DNA of 64,000 nucleotides from Saprospiraceae bacterium (GTDB lineage: Bacteria > Bacteroidota > Bacteroidia > Chitinophagales > Saprospiraceae): NCBI GenBank assembly GCA_016710265.1, contig JADJJL010000001.1, positions 859,553 to 923,552 on the forward strand, written 5' to 3'. The notes under the pieces are model-generated. The model saw only the letters and a program-made list of their open reading frames with translations. It was not told the DNA's origin and made no database searches. A program made the position numbers and the translations under genes. Shown here one piece after another: positions 10,187 through 20,000 of the stretch. How positions within the stretch are numbered: position 1 is the first letter of the stretch; each line of letters starts with the position of its first letter.

Positions 10187-10906
10187 TCAATACCCCATGG
10201 CTATGGTAGCCATGCGGATAGATGCAGGCTCTGCTCTTTGAATTTCGAGGGCACAAGATTCTAAAGTGGCACCGGTGGTCAGGACATCGTCTACCAGTAG
10301 GATATGCCTTTTGTTAAAAACTTGTGGATTTACCAATTGGAAAACACCTTGAATATTTTGTATTCTTTGTTGACGATCTTTAGAGGTTTGGCTGTGGGTG
10401 TGACTGGTTCTAATCATATTCTGGGCTTGAAGGTCGATGCCCATGCTTTCGCTGAGGCCTTTTGCAAAAAACTCACTTTGGTTGTAACCCCGCTCTTTCA
10501 ATCTCAATGGGTGTAAAGGAACAGGGACTATTAATTCACAATCATGAAAATGAATGGAATCCTTTAATTTGAGTCCATAATTAATACCCAATTGAAAGGC
10601 CAAATCTTTGCGGTCCCTGTATTTAATCAGTTCAATCATAGAAGCTGTAATTCCACCACTAACATAGTAATAAAGTGCAGCTCCAGCAGCTATATTCACC
10701 CTCCCATCAAAGTGTCTGGTAAATTCATTCTTGTCATAATGATGTAAATCGGTTGGAGTGGTCATCAACCTGCATTTTAAGCAGAACAGATCTTGGTCTG
10801 AGTCGGTCTTAAGTCCGCAAGAAGGGCACAAATTGGGATACATAAAATCCAAAATGGCCTCAAGTTGATATTTTAAAAAATGCTGAAAGGGTTTTACAAA
10901 TTTCAT
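10187..10906 (-). CDS. comF: ComF-family phosphoribosyltransferase-like protein
   Basis: N-terminal zinc-finger CPSCG...CLKC and PRTase motif LLVDDVLTTGAT. I moved the start to the ATG at 10906, because the longer track ORF (to 10951) runs through the htrA terminator hairpin. Confidence 0.8.
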   Translation of the reverse strand: MKFVKPFQHFLKYQLEAILDFMYPNLCPSCGLKTDSDQDLFCLKCRLMTTPTDLHHYDKNEFTRHFDGRVNIAAGAALYYYVSGGITASMIELIKYRDRKDLAFQLGINYGLKLKDSIHFHDCELIVPVPLHPLRLKERGYNQSEFFAKGLSESMGIDLQAQNMIRTSHTHSQTSKDRQQRIQNIQGVFQLVNPQVFNKRHILLVDDVLTTGATLESCALEIQRAEPASIRMATIAMGY

Positions 10907-10914
10907 AGGGCCTG

Positions 10915-10945
10915 ATAAAAAAAATCCTCCCCAAGTGGGGAGGAT
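10915..10945 (-). terminator. Rho-independent terminator of the HtrA-like gene
   Basis: Perfect 9-bp stem ATCCTCCCC/GGGGAGGAT (10924-10932 and 10937-10945) with a 4-nt loop. Read on the minus strand it is followed by a T8 run (plus-strand A-run 10917-10923). It lies 51 nt downstream of the stop at 10996. Confidence 0.8.
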
Positions 10946-10995
10946 CTTCAAACAAAACGAAAAACCAACTTTATAGAAAGCTACAAAAACCTTGT

Positions 10996-12207
10996 TTATA
11001 GACCTTTCCGCATTTTAACGGAAAAATCTTTTTGACTTCCGTCACGAAGAATCTTTACTTGAATCGTTTCTCCCACCTTGGTCAGGCCTATCTCTTTGAT
11101 GAGATCGTCATAATTTTTAACCGATTTACCGTTAATGCCGACGATGACATCTTTGGGGCGTAAACCTGCATATTTAGCGGAGCTGTTATCCTCAAGTTCT
11201 TCTATCACAACACCCTCTTTTGAAGAAAGGTTTAATTCTTTTAAATAATTTTCATCAATTTCTGCAACAACAACGCCCAGGCGTCCTCGTTCAAAGCTCC
11301 CATTGGCAATCAGTTCTTTTACAATCTTGTTCATTAGGTTTACCGGAATGGCAAAAGAATAGCCGTTAAAATATCCGGTTTTAGTAGCGATGGCAGAGTT
11401 AATTCCAACTAGCCTTCCCATCCCATCTACTAAAGCACCACCGCTGTTTCCAGGGTTTATGGCTGCATCGGTTTGGATAAACTCTTCAATACCTTTTTGT
11501 GCACTGTTATAGCTGTTACCAAATCTATTATAAGGATCTCTGTTTTCATCAATAATATTTAGATCTCTACCTTTTGCAGAAACAATACCGGCAGTTACCG
11601 TAGATGTTAAATAACCAAATGGATTACCCACAGCCAACACCCATTCTCCCACTTTAATAAGGTCTGAATTGGCCATTGGTAAGACCGGCAAACCAGTTTC
11701 TTCAATCTTAAGAACTGCAAGATCAGTCCTCGGATCATTTCCTATCTTTTCTGCTTTAAACTTTTTCCCGCTTTTTAAAATAACCTCTATTTCATCTGCA
11801 AATTCCACCACATGATTGTTGGTTACTATATAACCATCTGTAGAAATTATAACCCCACTTCCGCTTCCTTTTTGAGGTTGGAATCCAAAAAATTCTCTAA
11901 ACATCGGATGATTAAAAAAGGGATCACTTCCATAATACTGCTGCTCCTTTTCTTTCATTTTTTTCTGACTTTCCTGCGCATTTATTTGAACAACAACTTC
12001 CAAAGCTTTACTCGCTGACAAAGTAAAATCAGGACCGGTATTAAAAACAGGTAGTTTATTTACATTTGATTCGTCATTTGCAAATGTCGCATAATTTGTA
12101 TCAACTGCTTGTGTTGTAAAAAAATGTGGATTAAAATAATAAAAAAGACCAACTACCAAAAGCCCGCCAAAAGTACCAGCCATTAAATTTGATAATAGAT
12201 TTTTCAT
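10996..12207 (-). CDS. HtrA/DegP-family serine protease with one PDZ domain
   Basis: Catalytic triad contexts TNNHVV (His), DLAVLKI (Asp) and GNSGGALV (Ser). N-terminal hydrophobic anchor and a C-terminal PDZ-like region. Confidence 0.85.
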   Translation of the reverse strand: MKNLLSNLMAGTFGGLLVVGLFYYFNPHFFTTQAVDTNYATFANDESNVNKLPVFNTGPDFTLSASKALEVVVQINAQESQKKMKEKEQQYYGSDPFFNHPMFREFFGFQPQKGSGSGVIISTDGYIVTNNHVVEFADEIEVILKSGKKFKAEKIGNDPRTDLAVLKIEETGLPVLPMANSDLIKVGEWVLAVGNPFGYLTSTVTAGIVSAKGRDLNIIDENRDPYNRFGNSYNSAQKGIEEFIQTDAAINPGNSGGALVDGMGRLVGINSAIATKTGYFNGYSFAIPVNLMNKIVKELIANGSFERGRLGVVVAEIDENYLKELNLSSKEGVVIEELEDNSSAKYAGLRPKDVIVGINGKSVKNYDDLIKEIGLTKVGETIQVKILRDGSQKDFSVKMRKGL

Positions 12208-12331
12208 TTTAGTGTTTTATTTTCTTGATTAAAGACAAAAATAACGTTGCGACATTTTACGGAGTTGTTTCACAAAATCACTTTAACATAGTATTAACCC
12301 GAATAAAAATACCGTGCACTAAAGCCAATAA

Positions 12332-15300
12332 TTATCTTATCAAGCTGATGTCTCCCTGTAGTTCAACGGACACACCGTCTAGCCTTTTTGCCTTAAGATA
12401 AAATACAAATACCCCTGGACTGAGAAGGGTACTATTGAATCGACCATCCCAGCCGGATTGGTCATCATTGACTGGAAAATTAGAGTTTTCAAATACCAAT
12501 TCTCCCCATCTGGAATAAATTCTAAAAATATCAATCGTGGTGAAAGCCTGTGAACCCCAAACTGTTATTCGATCATTGATTTGATCTCCATTGGGACTGA
12601 AAACATTCGGCACAAAAATATCTCCCACTAAGTTGACTTTAAATTTTACTTCCAATATTATTTCACAACCATTTTCATCCAACAAACGCAATTTATAATT
12701 GGTATCTTGAATCGGATTAGCCTCAGGATTTAAGCAGTTGGTACAACTGAGCCCCTCTGCTGGACTCCATTCAATCAAACTTGGGGTAAAATTGATATCG
12801 GGTTTAAGTGTGATCTTTTCACCAAGAGATATAATTATTTCCGGGTTAAGTGAGGTCAATGGAATAAATGGATTCGGCAGATCCAATGTAAAAGACTTTA
12901 TACAATCCAAAGAATCCCTTACAAAAACCAGATATCTTCCGGGGGCTAAATTTTCAAATTTATTGATTTGAATCCAATTGTTTTGATCGTGTAAAGAATA
13001 CTCAAAAGGTGGAACTCCTGACAAGGGGTTTAATAGGATCATTCCATCGTGTATGCCATAACATAGAGATGGAACAATGATTGAAGCTGCATCAACGGTG
13101 TCCTTTCGTAAAAATGAGAGAATGATACTGTCGCAGCCAAATTGGTTTACAACAGTGTCTACATAACTTCCAGGTAGATCATAAGTATTGGTCCCAACCG
13201 TAATGCTTTGTTCTTCACAAATCAGGTAATTCTGGTTTTCAATTGAAGTTGGAAATATTTGTAAGTTTGTAGTTATGACACTATCACAACCTAACGCGGT
13301 AGTGAGCGTGTCCAGATAGTTACCTGAAACTAGGTATCTTTTTGCCCCTACTTCAAGATATTGCCCATTGCATAATTCTACATTTTGATGCATTGCTGCA
13401 GGAGGATTAAATTTTAAACTTGTACTTACAATGCTATCGCATCCTTGAAAACCGTTTAGTGTGTCTAAATACGTTCCTTCTAAATTATAAATGTTCCCAT
13501 TAAATGTAAATGACTGTCCACTGCACAATACAATATTTTGCTGGCTATTAATTTCTGCTTGGACATCCAAAATACTGACCACGAGACTATCACAACAATT
13601 GATGTTTTTGAAAAAATCAAAATAAGTACCTGAATTAAAATATACATTCCCATTGAAATAAAAACTATCTCGAGCACAAATGGATATTTGTTGGGTTACA
13701 GTATCTTGAAATCGTTGGTCTAAAATATTAAAACTCAAAGTATCAGAAGCGCAACCAAATTCATCTCTTGCAATAAGCTGATGAAGGCCTGGTGATAAAT
13801 TGTAAAAACCACTTTCACTAACCCATCTTTGTCCATCCAAACTATAATAATAAAAAGGGAAAGTGCCGGAAGCAGTAATGTGAATATAATTAGAGGGATC
13901 ACAGCAATTCATGGTCAATTTAGAAGAATCAATGTTTAATCCAAGTTTCCTTTTAAATTCTGAAATTTCAACATCTCTGAATACTTCGCATCCTAGCTCA
14001 TCTTTGGTGTAAATTCTATAAATGCCAGCTTGTAAATTATTAAAAATTCCATCCACATTCCAATTTAACTGATCCAAACTGTATTGGTAATTTGGTTTAC
14101 CACCAATCCCACTCATTACAATTATACCTAAATCCTTACAAGTAACAGATTGGGTAAAAATCAAACTATCCTTCAATGGAATTCTGACATCCCTTAGATC
14201 AATAATTCGGGGGGTAATGCAATTACCCAATTTGGCATAAATGGTTACACTTTGTCTGGCTCCAATTTCAAATTTAGATTGATAGCTAAACTGGATTCCA
14301 TCCAAAGAATACTCAGCACCCGGAAAATCCTGTGGATTAAGCACCTCCAATAAAATTACATCCAATGCTGCACAAGAGTCCAATAAACTGGCTTTCACCT
14401 TAAGATCGGCCTGTTTGACTTCTATGGTTACAGTATCCTGATAAACCAAACCACATTGGTCATTCATTTTAAGAATATAAGTGGTAGTTTGATCGGGTGT
14501 GAAAATTGGATTTCGAATGGTTGGATTAGAAATACCGGTTACTGGAGTCCAATCATATTTACTAAATACAGAGGGTGCTGAAAGTTGGATGGATTCTCCC
14601 TGACAAATAATTTGATCCGGGATATTATTAATTCCTGTGATGTAATTTAAGCACACCTGATGCACATTGACTGCTCCACCAGTAGCAGAAGTAAAACCAA
14701 AAAATACATTGGGATCATTTAAAAAAATATCTTTCACCAGATCTACCCTCAAGCTCAATCTTCTATTGCAATCGACAAATACTTCAACAATTTTATTGGT
14801 CGCATCCCATCGGATGAGACCCTTGTGGAACATGCAATCTTCTGCATTTGCCAAAGTAGGAAAAATCCCTACAGGGCCTGCCAGGTTATCAGCTGTATTG
14901 TGTCCGACTGTTCCATTTCGCATGATGGCGAGGTGATCGTAAAATGGATCGTTATTCTCATTGTTGTCCCAGGTATCAAATTCAATTGCAAGACTTGGTT
15001 GGATTCCTTGGTATCCTATTCCTCCTCCAAAAACACCAATGGAAGTTGAAATAGGTTGCAACACAAATGCCAAACCATCTGCACCATTCCTGTCAATACA
15101 GCCTAAATTAAAATCAAAAAAAACATCAAAGCTGTTGTTAAAATCTACTTTATCTTCATACCACATGGAACCTGCTTGATTGTTAAGTGCCTGTGTCAAT
15201 CTGTAACAATCACCTCCTGTATTAATTGCATCATTGTTGAGTATAAAATTTTTATTGGTGGTAGATTTACAACTGTCCGGAACAAAAACACTGATGGTAT

Positions 15301-16828
15301 CGCTACAACCATTTTGATCCGTCACTGTGACCGTATATTTTCCAGCTGTCAGCAATTGGAAATATGGATCATTTTGGGCAAAACTTCTATTGGAAATATT
15401 ATAAATATATGGTTCTGTTCCAAATTCGGATCTCAATGTAATGGTTCCATCGCTTCTACAATTGGTTGCAGTTATATTTAAAACCTGAACGTCCGGTTTT
15501 GGAAAATTACTAAAATTAAGAATCATCTCATTGTTTTGCAAATAAAGATCATCCGTAGGGTTGGGGAGCGCTACACGCACTTTTATTTGGTGTATTCCAA
15601 AAGGCAAATAGAGACAACTAAGAAAAATAGTATCACTTTGTCCAGCCAATAATAATCCTGTCCAACTTATATTTTGTTCCGGCTGTCCATTGACAGAATA
15701 GAAAAAATTTAATTGGTTAATACTTCTGATTCCTAAATTTTTGAACACAATTTTTGGACATAGGGTATCCTTACAAAAATCTCCTTCAATTTCTAAATTT
15801 TGAATAGCAGCGTCAAATTCCCCAACAATTAAACAACCATCGGAACTAATCAGACCACTTCTCGAAATTTCCAACGCAGCAATCATTCTGTTTTTCTGAC
15901 CATTGGTAAAATGTGCGGGTCTACAGTTTGAGTAATCCATAAAATTGTCATTGTCATCCACTAAATCCGGCAGATCTGTAGCGCATGAATTGGTATTGCA
16001 AGCTGAAAAGGAAGCAGAATTGTCTGGAGGTGTATCGCAAACTAAATCTCCATCTAACATGCAGTCATTATTTTGACAGCCTCCATTAAAAGTATGGTGA
16101 AGTCCTAAATAATGACCTAGCTCATGGGCTGTCACTACCGTGCCACCAATGGTATTCCAATATCTGGCTTCTTGTACGATCCCATCCACGGAACATGGAG
16201 CCCCTGGAAAATATGCATATCCAGCTAAACCACATCCAAACGTACCATTAAAAAGATCGGTCACCAACCATATGTTTATATACTTTTTGCAATCCCATGA
16301 TACAATTTGCTTGATTTGTCCATCCGAATTAGAATTGGTTCCGGGTTGGCACATTGGGTCATTGGTCAGTGCACTTTCATGTCTTGTAATTCCGTTGGTC
16401 GGTCGTCCCTGAGGATCTCTTTTCGCAAGACAAAACTGAATTCCAGCGTCAACACCTTTGGCAGAAATAAAGGGTCCAGAATTTGAAAATGCCTGATTCA
16501 AAAATTCAAGTCCGATCTCCACTTGTTGGTCTGTAATATTATTCCCACTACCAATCAAAGTTCCTGGTGGACTTACAATATGGATCACTACTGGTAAAAC
16601 ATACATTGCTGAAAATGCCTTTGATTCTTGCAATGCCAATTGTGATCTTTGATAAATTTGTTGATTCAAATTCAGTACGCTTTGCCGATAAATTGGATCC
16701 TTTAAAAGAAGATTTTGATGCAAATAATCAAAGCCACAGTTCCCTTGAGCATATAATTTTTCAAGGTGAATACAATCTAATCCCACAAATATCAATGTAA
16801 TAATTAATATCTTCATCCTATCTATCAT
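12332..16828 (-). CDS. Large T9SS-secreted multidomain protein: M43 (pappalysin-like) zinc metalloprotease, Ig-like repeats, L-type-lectin-like domain, Cys-repeat modules and a type B (gliding-motility-associated) C-terminal domain
   Basis: Signal peptide. Zinc motif HELGHYLGLHH (nt 16094-16126) followed by CDTPPD, as in peptidase M43. The region at 14642-15250 resembles legume/L-type lectin domains (GSMWYEDKVDF...ADGLAFVLQP...LAIEFDTWDN...FGFTSATG). Four 51-aa Cys modules. The C-terminal VPNVFSPNGDQINDR...GVFVFYL tail (12335-12613) is typical of T9SS type B CTDs. Confidence 0.85.
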   Translation of the reverse strand: MIDRMKILIITLIFVGLDCIHLEKLYAQGNCGFDYLHQNLLLKDPIYRQSVLNLNQQIYQRSQLALQESKAFSAMYVLPVVIHIVSPPGTLIGSGNNITDQQVEIGLEFLNQAFSNSGPFISAKGVDAGIQFCLAKRDPQGRPTNGITRHESALTNDPMCQPGTNSNSDGQIKQIVSWDCKKYINIWLVTDLFNGTFGCGLAGYAYFPGAPCSVDGIVQEARYWNTIGGTVVTAHELGHYLGLHHTFNGGCQNNDCMLDGDLVCDTPPDNSASFSACNTNSCATDLPDLVDDNDNFMDYSNCRPAHFTNGQKNRMIAALEISRSGLISSDGCLIVGEFDAAIQNLEIEGDFCKDTLCPKIVFKNLGIRSINQLNFFYSVNGQPEQNISWTGLLLAGQSDTIFLSCLYLPFGIHQIKVRVALPNPTDDLYLQNNEMILNFSNFPKPDVQVLNITATNCRSDGTITLRSEFGTEPYIYNISNRSFAQNDPYFQLLTAGKYTVTVTDQNGCSDTISVFVPDSCKSTTNKNFILNNDAINTGGDCYRLTQALNNQAGSMWYEDKVDFNNSFDVFFDFNLGCIDRNGADGLAFVLQPISTSIGVFGGGIGYQGIQPSLAIEFDTWDNNENNDPFYDHLAIMRNGTVGHNTADNLAGPVGIFPTLANAEDCMFHKGLIRWDATNKIVEVFVDCNRRLSLRVDLVKDIFLNDPNVFFGFTSATGGAVNVHQVCLNYITGINNIPDQIICQGESIQLSAPSVFSKYDWTPVTGISNPTIRNPIFTPDQTTTYILKMNDQCGLVYQDTVTIEVKQADLKVKASLLDSCAALDVILLEVLNPQDFPGAEYSLDGIQFSYQSKFEIGARQSVTIYAKLGNCITPRIIDLRDVRIPLKDSLIFTQSVTCKDLGIIVMSGIGGKPNYQYSLDQLNWNVDGIFNNLQAGIYRIYTKDELGCEVFRDVEISEFKRKLGLNIDSSKLTMNCCDPSNYIHITASGTFPFYYYSLDGQRWVSESGFYNLSPGLHQLIARDEFGCASDTLSFNILDQRFQDTVTQQISICARDSFYFNGNVYFNSGTYFDFFKNINCCDSLVVSILDVQAEINSQQNIVLCSGQSFTFNGNIYNLEGTYLDTLNGFQGCDSIVSTSLKFNPPAAMHQNVELCNGQYLEVGAKRYLVSGNYLDTLTTALGCDSVITTNLQIFPTSIENQNYLICEEQSITVGTNTYDLPGSYVDTVVNQFGCDSIILSFLRKDTVDAASIIVPSLCYGIHDGMILLNPLSGVPPFEYSLHDQNNWIQINKFENLAPGRYLVFVRDSLDCIKSFTLDLPNPFIPLTSLNPEIIISLGEKITLKPDINFTPSLIEWSPAEGLSCTNCLNPEANPIQDTNYKLRLLDENGCEIILEVKFKVNLVGDIFVPNVFSPNGDQINDRITVWGSQAFTTIDIFRIYSRWGELVFENSNFPVNDDQSGWDGRFNSTLLSPGVFVFYLKAKRLDGVSVELQGDISLIR
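13103..13684 (-). repeat. Four tandem 51-aa (153-nt) Cys-containing modules inside the 1498-aa gene
   Basis: Consensus C-x-G-Q-x5-G/N-x2-Y-x3-G-x-Y-x-D-T-x5-G-C-D-S-x6-L. The first Cys of each copy is at nt 13676-78, 13523-25, 13370-72 and 13217-19, an exact 153-nt period. The copies are diverged at DNA level. Confidence 0.8.
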
Positions 16829-17002
16829 AAAACAAAATTACGAAAAATTGATGATTTATAAGGAAATATTATCATATAAGCTAAGAGTTTGAAAGTGGTG
16901 CATTAATCAAATCTTTTTAAACCAAAACAACATTAATATCAAAATTATTCTATTCTAATATTTTTAAACAATTTCGATTTAAATAGTTGATCAAATAATA
17001 AT

Positions 17003-17010
17003 TATATTTG
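17003..17010 (+). promoter_or_regulatory. Candidate Bacteroidota -7 promoter box (TATATTTG) for the kinase-like/cyclase gene
   Basis: Matches the TAnnTTTG -7 consensus described for Bacteroides/Flavobacterium primary-sigma promoters. It lies 45 nt upstream of the ATG at 17056. No convincing -33 TTTG at canonical spacing. Confidence 0.3.
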
Positions 17011-17055
17011 CATGAAATAGGTTTGTTCCCATGCACAAATTAGTATAATTACAAT

Positions 17056-20000
17056 ATGTATCAAGCATTATCAGAGAGTGTTCGATCTAAAGTCTACCTT
17101 CACCATGAAGGAGAAAACCAGGAATCTGTGCTGGTTAAGACTTCTGCGCCTTCAAGACTTTCAAAAACAGAACTTAAAAATGAATTTGAGGTAACAAAAA
17201 AATTAAATCTTTCAGGTATCAGGAAACCTGTAAGAGAAAGTATCTTTCAAAACAGAGATGGCTACTATTATGAATATATTGATGGAATAGGTTTAAATGA
17301 ATTTATATTAAAAAATAGGATTGAACTAAAAACCTTTATTAAAATAGCAAAAGAAATCTCTAAAACACTTTCCGAAATTCATGAAAAAGGTTTTATACAT
17401 TTAAGAATCAACAGTCACAATATAATCATTCATCCACCAGATCTAAATATACATGTCATTGATTTTAGCTTAGCTAGTTCGATAAAAGAAAATAAAACCA
17501 TCAATTTTGCAGAATGGGGATTAGAATTAAGTTATATCGCACCTGAACAAACCGGACATCTCAATAAAAAAGTAGATCAACGTACAGATTTGTATTCTTT
17601 AGGGATTGTTTTATATGAATTGTGGAGTGGATTTCCACCTTTTAGAAATGAAAATGCGGCTGATACCATTCATGATCATCTTGTAAAACTACCGACATCG
17701 TTGGACCGTATTAGACCCGAAACTCCTCCATTTATCAACCTAATAGTTGAAAAACTACTAAGTAAAAATCCTGATACCAGGTACCAAAGTGCCAAGGGGT
17801 TACTGGCTGACATTTTAGAATGTGAGGAAATAATTAATTCAGGTTTGTCATTTGTCCAATTTAAACCAGGTAAAGTTGATTTACCTACCACTTTAAATAT
17901 TTCCACAGGTTTCTATGGAAGAAAAAAAGAATTTAAAAAGCTATCTAATTTATTTGACGAAGTCCATACAAGACATAAAAACAATGCTATAATTCTCATC
18001 ACAGGGCAAAATGGAATTGGAAAATCAAGACTTGCAATTGAATTTTCAAAATATTGTACAGAAAATTCCGCTATTTTTTTATCCAGCAAATTAAACCAGC
18101 ATGGTGTCCAACTGCCCAACCAGGTAGTCATCGATGCTTTAAAAAATTTGGCAATTTACATTCTTTCTCAAACCGATGAATCATTGGCAGAATGGAAAAA
18201 GATTATTCAAAATTCTGTAGCAGAAATTGGACAACTCTTAATAGACTTAGTGCCAGAATTTGCTTGGATTTTAGAAGCTCAGCCCAAACTCCCAAGTTTG
18301 AATGTCAATCAAGCAGAGAGTCGCTTAAATTTTCTCTTTTACAAAATCATAGAAGGGGTGGCCAATGAAAATCACCCTGTGGTACTGTTTGTAGACGATA
18401 TGCAATGGATGGACAATGCTTCTTGGAAAAATCTTGAAATACTACTAAATGGTAAAGGGCTCTCTAATTTTATTCTTTTAGGTGCTTATTGGCAAGAACC
18501 ATCGTCAGACCATCATGAATTTATAGAAAATTCTACCAGACTCATCAACAAAAATTTACAAACTGAACAAATACAACTTCAAAATTTAAGTCAGGAAGAA
18601 ATTGCAGAGTATTTATCTGATTCATTTGAAATGGAAAATTTAAATACTTTGATACAATTGGCTTATCGAAGGACCGGTGGAAATCCATTCTATCTGCAGA
18701 AATATCTGGACAGCTTGTACGTCCAAAAACATTTAGAATTTAATACTGGGTCTCAAAAATGGATCATACACTCTGAAGAAATCATTGAAATAGAATGGGC
18801 TGAAAATGTGATCAGTTATCTAAATGAACAAGTTAAACTGTTGCCAACAGATTGTATGAGAATATTTGGCATAGCGTCATGCCTTGGTTATCATTTTAAC
18901 AAAACTGATCTTTTAGAAATATCGGAAATATCTATCAATGAATTAAACAGAATATTAAAAATATTGGTGGACAACAATTTACTAAATGACAAATCCAATG
19001 AGGAGTACCATTTTGAACATGAAACATTGCACAGTACTGCATTACAATTATTGGATTCTTCTAAAAAGGAATTGATTCATCATAAAATTGCAAATAAATA
19101 TTTATCCATACTTAATAATAAAGAGACAGGGTCATTACTTTATTATGTAACTGATCAATTTAATAAAAGCAAGAGTTGTATAACTACCGCAGAAAGATTG
19201 GAAGTGGTTCAACTAAATTACCAGACCGCATTAAGTGCAAAAAATGCAACCGATTATGAACTTGCTTTCAAGCATTATACCACGGCCATTTCGATGCTTG
19301 AAAAAACTGATTGGAACAAACACTATGCATTAATTCTAAATTTGCACAATGAAGCCGCAGAATGTGGAATGAAAATAGGTCAATACATTGTAGCAAATAA
19401 TTTCCTTGAAATCTCTCTACAAAATGCAAAAGATTCATTTGACCGAATACTTGCCCATGAAATAAAATTGCTACACTTAATCGAGACCCATCAATTTTCA
19501 TCTTCTATAGAATACTTATTAAAAGTACTAGATGAGATTGGATACAACGTTAAAAGAAATCCAAGTAAATTGGAAATTCTAAAAGAATTTCTAAAAGTAA
19601 AATTTATGTTTATTGGCAAAAAACCACAAGATATCAGTCACTTACCAGAAATGACTGCTCAAGCGCCTTTGGCATTTATTAAACTCACTACCATAGCAAC
19701 GGTTGCCATTTTTGGAAATGCTCCTGATATCTTACCCATAATTAATTTTAAGCAGGTATACCTTTCCTTGAAATATGGCAAATCCACATACCTGCCCTAT
19801 GCAATAGCAGCGCATGGCTTCGCTATTACTGCATTTATGGGAGATTTAGACAAAGGTCATGATCTTGCCAAATCAGCTTTACAAATGACAGAAGAAGAAG
19901 ATTTACCATTAATCAAAGCAAAGGTTATGGTGATCTATTATGGGTTTCTATCCTATTGGAAAAATTCCATTGTCGAAAGTAAAGCTCCGCTCAAACTTGC

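Noticed and set aside
10907-10951. N-terminal extension of the ComF ORF as given in the ORF track (MKILPTWGGFFLSGP).
   Set aside because: The extension is encoded by the 9-bp-stem terminator hairpin and T-run of the upstream htrA-like gene. The ATG at 10906 gives a normal ComF N-terminus.
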